IMG/VR virus record: IMGVR_UViG_3300027969_000092
Span: 2,262-66,261 of that record
Origin: a virus
Length of the DNA: 64,000 nucleotides
Direction: 5' to 3' (one strand)
Shown: in pieces, positions 36,912 through 48,297 of the stretch
Numbering within the stretch: position 1 is the stretch's first letter
Layout: each line of letters opens with the position of its first letter
Position numbers and translations under genes: made by a program
The notes under the pieces: generated by a model
Databases searched by the model: none
Told to the model about the DNA's origin: nothing
What the model saw: the letters and a program-made list of their open reading frames with translations, nothing else

Positions 36912-37574
36912 ATGTCTACTACATTAAAACCCTTTGGTCTGAAGCCATCGTTCCACCCTAGCGGTCTGGATCGTTCGACACCTTTTGCAGGTACGAACTC
37001 CTTCGTTACTGGAACACCTAACTATTCAGCAAACTACTCTTTGTCAACTGGTCAAGCATTTTACCAGTTTACACCAGTGGCTGTGAATAGTTCTGGCGCC
37101 CTGACCATAGCCGGTACTTCCGGCACACGCTTTTTTGGCTCTTTCGACGGTGTTGAATTCACAGACTCACAAGGTCGTCGTTCAGTATCCAAATGGGCTT
37201 CTAAAGCAACTCTTGACGCTTCAACCGAAATTATTTTCTGGATCTTCTCTGATCCTCAATTAGTTTACGAGGTTCAAGCCGAAGGTACTATTGCTAACAC
37301 AGCAATTGGTAGAGAGTTTGACTTCTCATCCACGGTTGGTTACACAGTTACTGGTGGCTTTGCTATCGGCAATGGTGGCGCTGGCTTCTCAACTACAGCA
37401 ATTAGCAACACTGCCGTTACTTCAGGTACTGGTCAAGGTCAAGTTAAAGTGGTTGGTTTGGGTCGTGAAGTTGCTTACCCAACAGGCGAACTTAATGCGT
37501 GGGGTGATACAAACACCATCGTTCAAGTTCAGATCGCAAACAGCCAGCTCGTAGCCCCATCGGTTTCAGCTTAA
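36912..37574 (+). CDS. Head decoration/minor capsid protein
   Basis: PFGLKP, G.FDGVEFTD, DPQLVYEVQA; immediately before the major capsid gene. Confidence 0.6.
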   Translation: MSTTLKPFGLKPSFHPSGLDRSTPFAGTNSFVTGTPNYSANYSLSTGQAFYQFTPVAVNSSGALTIAGTSGTRFFGSFDGVEFTDSQGRRSVSKWASKATLDASTEIIFWIFSDPQLVYEVQAEGTIANTAIGREFDFSSTVGYTVTGGFAIGNGGAGFSTTAISNTAVTSGTGQGQVKVVGLGREVAYPTGELNAWGDTNTIVQVQIANSQLVAPSVSA

Positions 37575-37599
37575 TCTAACGAAAGAAAAGGAATAGCAC

Positions 37600-38517
37600 A
37601 TGGCAACCCCAATGCGTAGTACCGACTTTCGTGCGGTAGTCGAACCGATTATCAACGAAGTCTTTGATGGCGTATACGAACAACGCGCCGATGAGTGGAA
37701 GGGATTTGTAGAACAGATCCAAGGTATTCCACGTAATTACCACGAAGAAGTAATGCTTTATGGTATGAATGCAGCTCCTGCGATGCCTGACGGCACTCCA
37801 GTTAGCTACGATCAAGGTGGTACATTGTACATCACCCGATTCATCTACCAAATCTATGGCTTGGCTTATGCTTTGACCAAAGTTTTGATGGAAGATGGCG
37901 ATCACATTCGTATCGGTAGCACCTTCGCTAAACACTTAGCTCAGTCTATGATTGAAACTAAGGAAACCCTCTGTGCCAACTTGTTGAACTTCGCGTTCAC
38001 AACTGGTTATGTAGGCGGCGACGGCGTTACTTTGGTTAATACAGCTCACCCTGTTGCTAACGGTTTGACATACTCAAACAAGTTATCAACTCCAGCTGCA
38101 TTGAGCCAAACTTCTGTTGAGCAAATGTTGATTCAGATCCGTTCTGCTATCGACAACAACGGTAAGCGTATCCGTCTGAAGGCAGAACAGTTAGTTGTTC
38201 CACCAGCACTCGAGTTCCAGGCTGAGGTTATCCTCAAGTCTGTACTCCGTTCTGGTACAGCTGACAACGATTTGAACCCTATCAAATCAACAGGCATGTT
38301 GCCTAAAGGCACACACGTGGTAACACGTTTGTCCTCTAGCAAAGCCTGGTGGGTTCAGACTGATGCTGAAAATGGTCTCATGCTCGTAATGCGTCGTCCA
38401 ATGGAGAAATCCATGGAAGGTGACTTCGAGACTGATTCTATGCGTTATAAGGCTACTGAGCGTTATGCTACAGGTTGGCACGATGCGCGTAACATTTACG
38501 GTACTCAAGGCGTCTAA
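37600..38517 (+). CDS. Major capsid protein (Mu gpT-like HK97 fold)
   Basis: GGDGV.L...AHP, LVVPPAL, TADNDLN, YKATERY..GW.D.R; followed by a strong terminator. Confidence 0.88.
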   Translation: MATPMRSTDFRAVVEPIINEVFDGVYEQRADEWKGFVEQIQGIPRNYHEEVMLYGMNAAPAMPDGTPVSYDQGGTLYITRFIYQIYGLAYALTKVLMEDGDHIRIGSTFAKHLAQSMIETKETLCANLLNFAFTTGYVGGDGVTLVNTAHPVANGLTYSNKLSTPAALSQTSVEQMLIQIRSAIDNNGKRIRLKAEQLVVPPALEFQAEVILKSVLRSGTADNDLNPIKSTGMLPKGTHVVTRLSSSKAWWVQTDAENGLMLVMRRPMEKSMEGDFETDSMRYKATERYATGWHDARNIYGTQGV

Positions 38518-38543
38518 GCAAACAACCCCACAAGGGTATTTGG

Positions 38544-38572
38544 AACCCCAGGCTAAAAACCTGGGGTTTTTT
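38544..38572 (+). terminator. Rho-independent terminator
   Basis: AACCCCAGG-CTAAAAA-CCTGGGGTT-TTTT. Confidence 0.85.
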
Positions 38573-38581
38573 GTTTTATAG

Positions 38582-38611
38582 GGGCGGATTAACCGCCTTT
38601 TTTGCATTAGT
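38582..38611 (+). promoter_or_regulatory. Late promoter GGGCG-N17-GCATTAGT
   Basis: Conserved motif with GGCGG/CCGCC hairpin. Confidence 0.75.
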
Positions 38612-38708
38612 AGGTATAGGAAGAATAATCCCATTCTGACCGCCGAACCTTCCCGGCAGGACGACTTAGAGACAGTTTGGGACACCCACTAAGAAATGGA
38701 ATCAAATA

Positions 38709-39170
38709 ATGTCAAGTACATTTACACTACCACTACGTCTTAACACACGTCAAACAACCAGCAATGACGGCACAATTTCTGCCGACAACACTGGCGCAGC
38801 AATGATTTCCCAGCAATCTGCTATTGTTGCTAGTACAGCATCCGTAGATGTATTGCCAGCTGGCTCTATCATTCACTCAATCGATGCTTACCTTAACGTT
38901 GTTGGTGCAGCATCACGTTCTGTAACTTTAACATCAAACGGCACGACCACAACTATCGGCACATTGACAACTACTGCTTTAGGTAAAGCAACTGTAGCTT
39001 TTACAGCATCTGCTGCTGTAGCTAACTTGTTGGCTAACGTTGGTATCTACGACGTGACTATTACTTTAGCTTCTGAGGCTGCTTCTGCTGGCACATTGTC
39101 TATCCAGTACACTGGCCGCAATCAAGACGGTACAATCACTCCTTACGGTTCTGGTTATACAAATAACTAA
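38709..39170 (+). CDS. Virion structural protein
   Basis: Thr/Ala-rich, LPAGSII motif, follows the capsid gene. Confidence 0.6.
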   Translation: MSSTFTLPLRLNTRQTTSNDGTISADNTGAAMISQQSAIVASTASVDVLPAGSIIHSIDAYLNVVGAASRSVTLTSNGTTTTIGTLTTTALGKATVAFTASAAVANLLANVGIYDVTITLASEAASAGTLSIQYTGRNQDGTITPYGSGYTNN

Positions 39171-39216
39171 TTAAGATGGCGGGCTAGTCCCGCCTTCTTT
39201 AACTTAAGGAAAAATA

Positions 39217-39501
39217 ATGACAACATTAAATGATGTAGCTGCGGCCCATTTAAACGCAAGCGGTCAAGCCTTTACCGGCCCCGGTCGTGTTGGTGGCTGG
39301 CAAGTAAAACCAGGGGGCACTGCGGGTTCAGCACTGTTTTATGACAATACTTCAGCAACTGGCACACCACTAATTGAAGTAGACTTAACAACCAATACTG
39401 CGGTTATTTCAACATTGGTTCCGGGAACTGGTATCCGTTTTTCTACGGGCTGTTACGTTACACTACCCGCTTCTGCAGCTATTACAATATTCTGGGGCTA
39501 A
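39217..39501 (+). CDS. Virion structural protein
   Basis: PGTGIRFSTGCYV motif; position. Confidence 0.6.
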   Translation: MTTLNDVAAAHLNASGQAFTGPGRVGGWQVKPGGTAGSALFYDNTSATGTPLIEVDLTTNTAVISTLVPGTGIRFSTGCYVTLPASAAITIFWG

Positions 39502-39504
39502 GTA

Positions 39505-40999
<1,495 letters not shown>

Positions 41000-41000
41000 A

Positions 41001-41405
41001 ATGGCAAACCCAAATATTGCAGCACTAACCACGATCTACGGCAATACTGCTTATGTGGTTCCATCTACCACTGGTGCAACTACAAGCTGGACATATAACG
41101 GCTCAACAACGCTTACTGGTTTAACACCAGCAGCTGGCACTGTTAACAAGATCACTGGCTTGATTGTATCTAACACAACTGCTTCAGCTGCTTATGCAAC
41201 TGTTGGTGTGGGTAACAACGCCACGTTCGGTTCTGCTACAGTCATTGGATATATTTCTTATCAGATCTCTGTGCCAGCTAACGCTTCACTCATCATAGTT
41301 GATAAGACTACTGATCTGTATATTACGGAGAATCAATCTGTTGGTGTGACATCAGGCACTGCAAGTGCTTTGACCTACACAGCAATCTTTGAAGCGATAA
41401 CCTAA
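41001..41405 (+). CDS. Fibre adaptor/structural protein
   Basis: MANPNI...ISVPANASL; lies between fibre and propeller genes. Confidence 0.5.
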   Translation: MANPNIAALTTIYGNTAYVVPSTTGATTSWTYNGSTTLTGLTPAAGTVNKITGLIVSNTTASAAYATVGVGNNATFGSATVIGYISYQISVPANASLIIVDKTTDLYITENQSVGVTSGTASALTYTAIFEAIT

Positions 41406-41406
41406 G

Positions 41407-42546
41407 ATGTCCCTGCGTTACACAGGAGCTTGGCTACAGGACGGAGCGTTCAACCCGCTGACTGCGCCTACGCCCATACCTAACTACCAACTATATTTAA
41501 ATACTTGGGGATATGACGGTTACGGTCAATTAGGTTTTAACAACACAACAAATTACTCTTCACCTAAACAACTTGGATCTTCAATTTGGGCATCACTATC
41601 TGGGCAATGCACTAATTCTTACGGCATTAAAACAGACGGCACATTATGGGCTTGGGGTAGAAATACTTACGGGCAATTAGGTCAAGGAAACACTACATAT
41701 AGATCTTCTCCTGTGCAAGTTGGAGCTTTAACTAATTGGTCTTCACTGGCTACAGGGTCTATAGGCTCAAATGCTATATTAGCAATCAAAACTGATGGTA
41801 CGCTTTGGTCATGGGGTTTAAATAGTTCAGGTCAATTGGGTCTTGGAAATACAACAAGCTATTCATCTCCTAAACAGGTCGGTGCATTAACAAATTGGCT
41901 AATTGTTACTTGTGGGTATACATATTCTTTAGCAATTAAAACCGATGGAACATTGTGGTCATGGGGTGCAAATACATATGGAATGTTAGGTCTTGGCAAT
42001 ACCACTTCCTATTCATCGCCAAAACAAGTTGGTGCGCTTACTAACTGGTTAAATATTTCTGCGGGATATAATTGTCAAATAGCACTTAAAACCGATGGAA
42101 CATTGTGGTCCTGGGGGCAAAATACTTATGGAGCATTAGGTTTAGGAAATACCACTAATTATTCCTCACCTAAACAGGTTGGTGCATTAACTAATTGGTT
42201 AAAAATTGCAGCGGGCACATATTCTATTGCAGCCATTAAAACAGACGGCACATTATGGGCTTGGGGCCAAAATCAATCAGGTCAATTGGCGCAAAATAAT
42301 GTTACACACAGATCATCGCCTGTCCAAATAGGTGCATTAACTACTTGGAAATATGTTTCAGGTGGTCAAAATTATTTTTTATCTTCAAAGACAGATGGCA
42401 CTTTATGGTCATGGGGTGGTAATTCATTTGGTCAATTAGGTTTAGGAAACACCACTTCCTATTCGTCTCCAAAACAAGTTGGCGCTCTTACCAATTGGTT
42501 AAATATTGTTTCTGGTCAATATCACGTTTTAGCACTAACTTTTTAA
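41407..42546 (+). CDS. RCC1/BLIP-II beta-propeller protein A1
   Basis: About 7 repeats of IKTDGTLWSWGxNxxGQLGLGNTTxYSSPKQVG. Confidence 0.92.
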   Translation: MSLRYTGAWLQDGAFNPLTAPTPIPNYQLYLNTWGYDGYGQLGFNNTTNYSSPKQLGSSIWASLSGQCTNSYGIKTDGTLWAWGRNTYGQLGQGNTTYRSSPVQVGALTNWSSLATGSIGSNAILAIKTDGTLWSWGLNSSGQLGLGNTTSYSSPKQVGALTNWLIVTCGYTYSLAIKTDGTLWSWGANTYGMLGLGNTTSYSSPKQVGALTNWLNISAGYNCQIALKTDGTLWSWGQNTYGALGLGNTTNYSSPKQVGALTNWLKIAAGTYSIAAIKTDGTLWAWGQNQSGQLAQNNVTHRSSPVQIGALTTWKYVSGGQNYFLSSKTDGTLWSWGGNSFGQLGLGNTTSYSSPKQVGALTNWLNIVSGQYHVLALTF

Positions 42547-42547
42547 T

Positions 42548-43705
42548 ATGCCAGTTACTTATACCTACCCCTACATTCAATACGGTGGCGTTTGGACAAC
42601 AAGCCAAGCCACTGATGCCGTTGCCTCTGGTACATGGCCCGTACCTACATCGCCTAAACTTTTTGTTTGGGGTGATAATTCAGAAGGGCAATTAGGTCTT
42701 GGTAATACAACAACTTATTCATCTCCAAAACAAGTTGGATCGTCAACCAATTGGTCTGTTATAAATGCTGCGTATGGTAATCTGTTTGCAACTAATGTTA
42801 CTAATCAACTATATGCTTGCGGTGCTGGATATGCTGGTGGCTTAGGTCTTGGTAGTACAACATCATTTTCTTCGTTACAACAAGTTGGCTCGTTAACTAC
42901 TTGGACTAATGTTTCCAGTAATGCTTATAGCACAATGGCGCTTAAAAGTGATGGCACTTTATGGGTTTGGGGAAGAAATAACCAAGGGCAACTAGGTCTT
43001 GGAAATACAACAAACTATTCATCCCCTAAGCAACTAGGGTCTTTAACTACATGGTTAAAAATAAGTGCTGGAATTTATTCAAAATACGCTATTAAAACCG
43101 ATGGCACTTTATGGTCTTGGGGTGGAAATTCTGTAGGGCAACTTGGGCTTGGTAATACGACAAGTTATTCTTCGCCTATGCAAGTTGGCTCCTTAACAAC
43201 ATGGTACGCAATATCTGGTGGACAAAATTTTGCCGCAGCAATTAAAACAGACGGCACTTTATGGACTTTTGGGAATGGATTCCAAGGTCAATTAGGCTTA
43301 GGAAATCAAACATATTATTCATCTCCAAAACAAGTTGGAGCTTTGACTACTTGGGCATATATTAGTGCAGGCGGCACTGGTATGATGGCGCTTAAAACAG
43401 ATGGCACATTATGGTCATGGGGCAGGAACAATGTAGGACAGCTAGGTCTTGGTAATACAACCAATTATTCATCACCTAAGCAAATCGGTGCGTTAAATAC
43501 TTGGAGTATGATTTCAAAAAATAATATCCAAGCAATGGCTTTAAAATCCAATGGAACCGCATGGTCGTGGGGCGGAAATGGTAACGCTCAATTAGGTCTT
43601 AATGACACAACCAGTAGATCATCTCCAACGCAAATTGGCGCTTTAACAAGCTGGTTATCAATATCTTGTGGCTATTTAAGTGGCGCAGGAATAGTAGCAA
43701 CTTAA
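42548..43705 (+). CDS. RCC1/BLIP-II beta-propeller protein B1
   Basis: Same repeats; N-terminal YGGVW...GTWP. Confidence 0.92.
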   Translation: MPVTYTYPYIQYGGVWTTSQATDAVASGTWPVPTSPKLFVWGDNSEGQLGLGNTTTYSSPKQVGSSTNWSVINAAYGNLFATNVTNQLYACGAGYAGGLGLGSTTSFSSLQQVGSLTTWTNVSSNAYSTMALKSDGTLWVWGRNNQGQLGLGNTTNYSSPKQLGSLTTWLKISAGIYSKYAIKTDGTLWSWGGNSVGQLGLGNTTSYSSPMQVGSLTTWYAISGGQNFAAAIKTDGTLWTFGNGFQGQLGLGNQTYYSSPKQVGALTTWAYISAGGTGMMALKTDGTLWSWGRNNVGQLGLGNTTNYSSPKQIGALNTWSMISKNNIQAMALKSNGTAWSWGGNGNAQLGLNDTTSRSSPTQIGALTSWLSISCGYLSGAGIVAT

Positions 43706-43726
43706 CAACATAAAGGACATAACGTT

Positions 43727-45499
43727 TTGAAAAAAACATTGCATTTCTTATCAGGTATTCCCCGTTCAGGATCTACAGTCTTGGCGGCAATCCTTAACCA
43801 AAATCCACAGACGCATGTATCTACAACGTCTGGGTTGGTTCATGCTTTAGATGGCTTGGCTAACACTTGGCACTCCGCTGGGCTACTGAATGAGAATGAC
43901 CCAGAGCGTAAACTCCTTGCCCAGACTATGCGCGGCACGATTGATGCGTTCTATGAGTCTACTGATAAGCCTGTAATTATTGATAAAGGTCGTGGCTGGC
44001 CCGTACCTGTCATCATGCAAGCCATGAGCCAAGTGCTACAACACAAACCAAAGATTATTGCGACTGTACGTTCTGTGCCTGACTGTATGGCATCGTTTGT
44101 GCGTATTGCCAAGCCTGAAGATTTAGATGAGTTTATGCACTCTGGACAGCTTGCTGACCACTTAAAGGCGGCTTATATTTCCTTGCAAGAAGGTTACCAG
44201 TTTATGCCTGAGTGCTTCTTGTTTGTAGAGTATGAAGACCTATTGGCTAACCCAAAGGCACAATTAGACCGCATCCATGAGTTCTTGGAGTTGCCAGCGT
44301 TTGATTATGACCTGTCTAATATTGATGGTTCCTCAGTAAAAGAGGACGATGAGAATTTACATGGTTACTCTGGTATGCACGATGTTAAGCCTGTATTGGC
44401 ACGTCAGCATTCTGAGTCACCAAAAGATGTATTAAAGAACCACTACGCAGCGTTTTGCCAGCCTGAGTTCTGGTTAGCAACACCCCGTACAGTTCCAGAG
44501 TTAACAGACTTAGACCTCCAATTAGCAGCTTCTACCTCTGGTGACTTTGTTGAAGGCTTGCGTCTGGCACAGAAGTTAGAAGCCAATGAGCCTAATAACC
44601 ATCGTGCAGCCTATAACCGTGGTTGGTACGCATTGCGTCAAGGGCAGATTCAAAAGGGCTATCAGCTCATGGATAGGGGTCGCTTTGTTGGTGTATTTGG
44701 CAATAAGCACCCAGAGACAGTCACCCAGCAATGGGATGGCAAGTCTAAAGGCACAATTCTGCTTTATTTAGAAGGCGGTCTAGGAGATCAGATCCACCAG
44801 ATTCGTTACGCTAAAGACATTGCTGACCGTGGCAATAAAGTTGTGGTAGCTTGTACTGGATCCTTGGTTCCAATGTTTAACCAGTTGGACGGTGTTTCTG
44901 CTGTGGTGCAACATGGCGCTGAGTATGGGGTATACCATGACTACTGGGTAGCTGGTATGAGCGCTGTAGTGCCTCTAGGATACGAATTAAAGGACTTGAA
45001 GGGTACGCCCTACATTGACAAGCCAATCGCCATCAAAGGGCGCAAGAAGCGTATTGGACTACGTTGGCAAGGCAACCCTACATTTGAGCATGAGCATCAT
45101 AAGAAGTTCCCATATGAACTAATGTTTGATGCCGTTAAGTCTGACGAGTACGAGTTTATTTCTCTCCAGCGTGATGAAGGCGTTGATGCCTGTCCACCTT
45201 GGGTACGTCAGGTTCCGTTAAATAGCTGGGAAGATACACAAAATGCAATTGCCTCCTGCGATTTGGTTATATCTGCTTGCACTTCCGTTAGTCATTTGGC
45301 TGGTGCTATGGGTGTTGAGACATGGGTGGTAACACCTGTTATGCCTTACTTCTTGTATGCCCTAGACGGTGATAAGACACCCTACTATAATAGTATGACC
45401 CTAATCCGCCAAGAAGTGTTTGGTGATTGGACAGCCCCATTTGACCGCATCAAGACTAAATTGAATGCAACCAAGCAACCTATCAGAATGGTAAGTTAA
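43727..45499 (+). CDS. Sulfotransferase domain + TPR-like linker + GT9-like glycosyltransferase fusion
   Basis: GIPRSGSTVLAAILNQNP (5'-PSB), IIATVR..PDCMASF (3'-PB), VEYEDL; EGGLGDQI, IGLRWQGNP, CDLVISACTSVSHLAGAMG. Confidence 0.85.
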   Translation: MKKTLHFLSGIPRSGSTVLAAILNQNPQTHVSTTSGLVHALDGLANTWHSAGLLNENDPERKLLAQTMRGTIDAFYESTDKPVIIDKGRGWPVPVIMQAMSQVLQHKPKIIATVRSVPDCMASFVRIAKPEDLDEFMHSGQLADHLKAAYISLQEGYQFMPECFLFVEYEDLLANPKAQLDRIHEFLELPAFDYDLSNIDGSSVKEDDENLHGYSGMHDVKPVLARQHSESPKDVLKNHYAAFCQPEFWLATPRTVPELTDLDLQLAASTSGDFVEGLRLAQKLEANEPNNHRAAYNRGWYALRQGQIQKGYQLMDRGRFVGVFGNKHPETVTQQWDGKSKGTILLYLEGGLGDQIHQIRYAKDIADRGNKVVVACTGSLVPMFNQLDGVSAVVQHGAEYGVYHDYWVAGMSAVVPLGYELKDLKGTPYIDKPIAIKGRKKRIGLRWQGNPTFEHEHHKKFPYELMFDAVKSDEYEFISLQRDEGVDACPPWVRQVPLNSWEDTQNAIASCDLVISACTSVSHLAGAMGVETWVVTPVMPYFLYALDGDKTPYYNSMTLIRQEVFGDWTAPFDRIKTKLNATKQPIRMVS

Positions 45500-46632
45500 T
45501 GAGCTATCGGTATGCCAACGCTATAGTAGATCCGGGGTTAAACACCCTAGTAGCGCCTACACCTACGTATAACTACACCTATGAGTTTTGGATGTGGGGA
45601 TTTAATGGTAACGGTGAGCTTGGCATTGGCAATACAACAAGCTATTCTTCTCCTAAACAAATTGGGGCTTTAGTTGATTGGTCAACCGCTGCATTAGCAA
45701 GAAATGGTGCTGTAGCTACTAAAAAAGACGGAACTTTTTGGGCTTGGGGCTCTAACGGCACTGGCCAACTAGGACTTGGAAACATAACATCCTACTCTTC
45801 ACCCAAACAAGTCGGTGCGCTAACCGATTGGCTGGTTGCTGCATCTGGTACATACCATACAATAGGAATTAAAACCAATGGAACACTATGGACTTGGGGT
45901 GCAAATAGTCGCGGTCAGCTAGGGCTTGGAAATATAACACAATATTCTTCCCCAAAACAAGTTGGCAGTTTAACCAATTGGCTTACTGCTGCTGCTGGGT
46001 ATAATTTTACAATTGCTCTTAAAACAAATGGCACTTTATGGTCATGGGGCAATAATGATGCTGGGCAATTGGGTCTAAATGTAGCTTACTATATCGATAA
46101 ATCTTCTCCTAATCAAATTGGTGCATTAACAACATGGGCAGCTATTGGTTGCGGAAGAGCATTTGTTTTAGCCGTACAAACTGACGGAACTTTGTGGGCT
46201 TGGGGTCAAAATGCTTATGGAACGCTTGGTCAAGGAAATACTGCAAGTAGATCCTCTCCAGTTCAAGTTGGTGCGTTAACAAACTGGCTACAAACCGCTG
46301 GAGGAAGCAATCATTCAATAGCTGTTAAAACCAATGGAACACTATGGACTTGGGGTGGTAATGCTCAAGGTCAACTTGGAACTAACAACACAAATTATTA
46401 TTCCTCGCCTAAACAGATCGGGTCGTTAGCAACTTGGTCAATGGTTGCCGCTGGATCAAATTGTTGTTTAGCTACTCAAAGCGGAAAATTATTTTCGTGG
46501 GGACAAAATAGTAGTGGTCAGCTGGGAATAGGAAATACAACATTTTATTCTTCTCCTAAACAAATAGGTGCTTTAGCAACTTGGTTAAAAGTGTACCCTG
46601 CAAGAGCAGATTTTATGTTAGCGTCCAAATAA
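45499..46632 (+). CDS. RCC1/BLIP-II beta-propeller protein A2
   Basis: Same repeats; N-terminus like A1. Confidence 0.92.
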   Translation: MSYRYANAIVDPGLNTLVAPTPTYNYTYEFWMWGFNGNGELGIGNTTSYSSPKQIGALVDWSTAALARNGAVATKKDGTFWAWGSNGTGQLGLGNITSYSSPKQVGALTDWLVAASGTYHTIGIKTNGTLWTWGANSRGQLGLGNITQYSSPKQVGSLTNWLTAAAGYNFTIALKTNGTLWSWGNNDAGQLGLNVAYYIDKSSPNQIGALTTWAAIGCGRAFVLAVQTDGTLWAWGQNAYGTLGQGNTASRSSPVQVGALTNWLQTAGGSNHSIAVKTNGTLWTWGGNAQGQLGTNNTNYYSSPKQIGSLATWSMVAAGSNCCLATQSGKLFSWGQNSSGQLGIGNTTFYSSPKQIGALATWLKVYPARADFMLASK

Positions 46633-46633
46633 T

Positions 46634-47806
46634 ATGCCTGTAATCGTAACTTACCCATACACCCAATACACAGGCATCTGGAAGCTGAACGCAGCAAGCG
46701 CAGCTCAAGGCGCTGGTACTTGGGCTATTCCGCCACAACCCCATTTATACAGTTGGGGTAATGGCGCCAATGGTAGACTTGGTCTTGGCAATACAACTTC
46801 TTATTCGTCTCCTAAGCAAGTTGGATCTCTTACTACATGGAGCATGGTTTCTACATCTGGCGGTAGTTTATTTTCCGTTGCATTAAAAACAGATGGCACA
46901 CTATGGACTTGGGGTCAGGGCGCTCAAGGTCAATTGGGGCAAGGAAATACAACTTCTTATTCATCTCCCAAACAAGTCGGTGCGCTCACTAATTGGTTAC
47001 AAGCATCAGCTGGATATGCTTGGATAGCAGCTATTAAGACTGACGGAACATTGTGGACTTGGGGAAAAAATACTTTAGGTCAACTTGGTCTTAATAACAC
47101 CACCTATTACTCTTCCCCTAAACAAGTTGGCACATTAACTAACTGGTCTAGCGTATCTTGCGGATACTATATTTCTGGAGCTATTAAAACAAATGGAACC
47201 TTATGGACATGGGGATACAACGGATATGGAACATTAGGGTACGGCAATACCAATTATTACTCTTCTCCTAAACAAGTAGGCGCCTTAACTACTTGGCTTT
47301 CTGTTTCGGCTGGATACTTATCCATGTATGCGATTAAAACAGATGGTACTTTGTGGTCATGGGGCAGAAATAATAAAGGTCAATTAGGCAATAGTAATAC
47401 ATCGTATTATTCTTCACCTATTCAAGTTGGCGCTCTTACAAATTGGGTGCTTGTAGGGCCAGCTGCTGCAACCAGTTCATCTGTTTTAGCCATTAAAACA
47501 AATGGAACTCTTTGGGGTTGGGGTGGCAATGGTTTAGGTGCTTTGGGATTGGGAAATTCAACCAATTATTCATCTCCTAAACAAGTTGGAACTTTAACCA
47601 ATTGGTTGAGTGTTGCATCAGGGTATTATCATACAGTTGCTATTAAAACTGATGGTACAGCTTGGTCATGGGGTTACAATAGTTTTGGTCAGCTTGGTTT
47701 TGGAAATGTAACTAATTATTCATCTCCTAAACAAATTGGTAGTTTAACAACTTGGTTGAAAATAGTTGGCGGTCAAAATTCAACATTAGCAATAGCAAAA
47801 ACTTAA
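46634..47806 (+). CDS. RCC1/BLIP-II beta-propeller protein B2
   Basis: Same repeats; N-terminus like B1. Confidence 0.92.
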   Translation: MPVIVTYPYTQYTGIWKLNAASAAQGAGTWAIPPQPHLYSWGNGANGRLGLGNTTSYSSPKQVGSLTTWSMVSTSGGSLFSVALKTDGTLWTWGQGAQGQLGQGNTTSYSSPKQVGALTNWLQASAGYAWIAAIKTDGTLWTWGKNTLGQLGLNNTTYYSSPKQVGTLTNWSSVSCGYYISGAIKTNGTLWTWGYNGYGTLGYGNTNYYSSPKQVGALTTWLSVSAGYLSMYAIKTDGTLWSWGRNNKGQLGNSNTSYYSSPIQVGALTNWVLVGPAAATSSSVLAIKTNGTLWGWGGNGLGALGLGNSTNYSSPKQVGTLTNWLSVASGYYHTVAIKTDGTAWSWGYNSFGQLGFGNVTNYSSPKQIGSLTTWLKIVGGQNSTLAIAKT

Positions 47807-47822
47807 CAAAAGGAGCATTAAA

Positions 47823-48266
47823 ATGGCATTATATGTACAAGTAGTAAACGGGCAAATGGCACAGTGCATTGACACTACGCCACCCGTACCAGTCGGTCAA
47901 GACGGCTGGAAGAACGCAGTTGAAATCAAACCAACACCAGTACCTTATCGTCAAGGTTTAAATGGGCCAGTTTATGATTGCTCTAAAGACCCTGTAGAAA
48001 TCGTATGGACTGTGTTTGATTACGACATCCCAACACGTAAGAACAGCCAATTAGGTCAAGCAGCTGGTCAGTTCAATCAGGTAGTTGCACAGCAATCTGC
48101 CCTTGAGACAGACGGCAACCCAGACAGCCACTATGACGCTACTGTAGTAGCCGCTGCTCAGGTTCGCTATCAGGACTTGCGTGACCAGATCAACGCTGCA
48201 ACAACTCAAGATGAGTTAGATGTAACTCAGGCTGAATTGAACGCAAACCAGATCGCTGGAGTATAA
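47823..48266 (+). CDS. Putative fibre assembly chaperone
   Basis: C-terminal LRDQINAATTQDEL; position. Confidence 0.45.
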   Translation: MALYVQVVNGQMAQCIDTTPPVPVGQDGWKNAVEIKPTPVPYRQGLNGPVYDCSKDPVEIVWTVFDYDIPTRKNSQLGQAAGQFNQVVAQQSALETDGNPDSHYDATVVAAAQVRYQDLRDQINAATTQDELDVTQAELNANQIAGV

Positions 48267-48297
48267 TTAACACCCATCTTTTACTTTGGAGAAAAGT

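Noticed and set aside
41407-47806. Diversity-generating retroelement acting on the RCC1 repeats
   Set aside because: No reverse transcriptase and no non-coding template repeat with adenine-specific differences in the window
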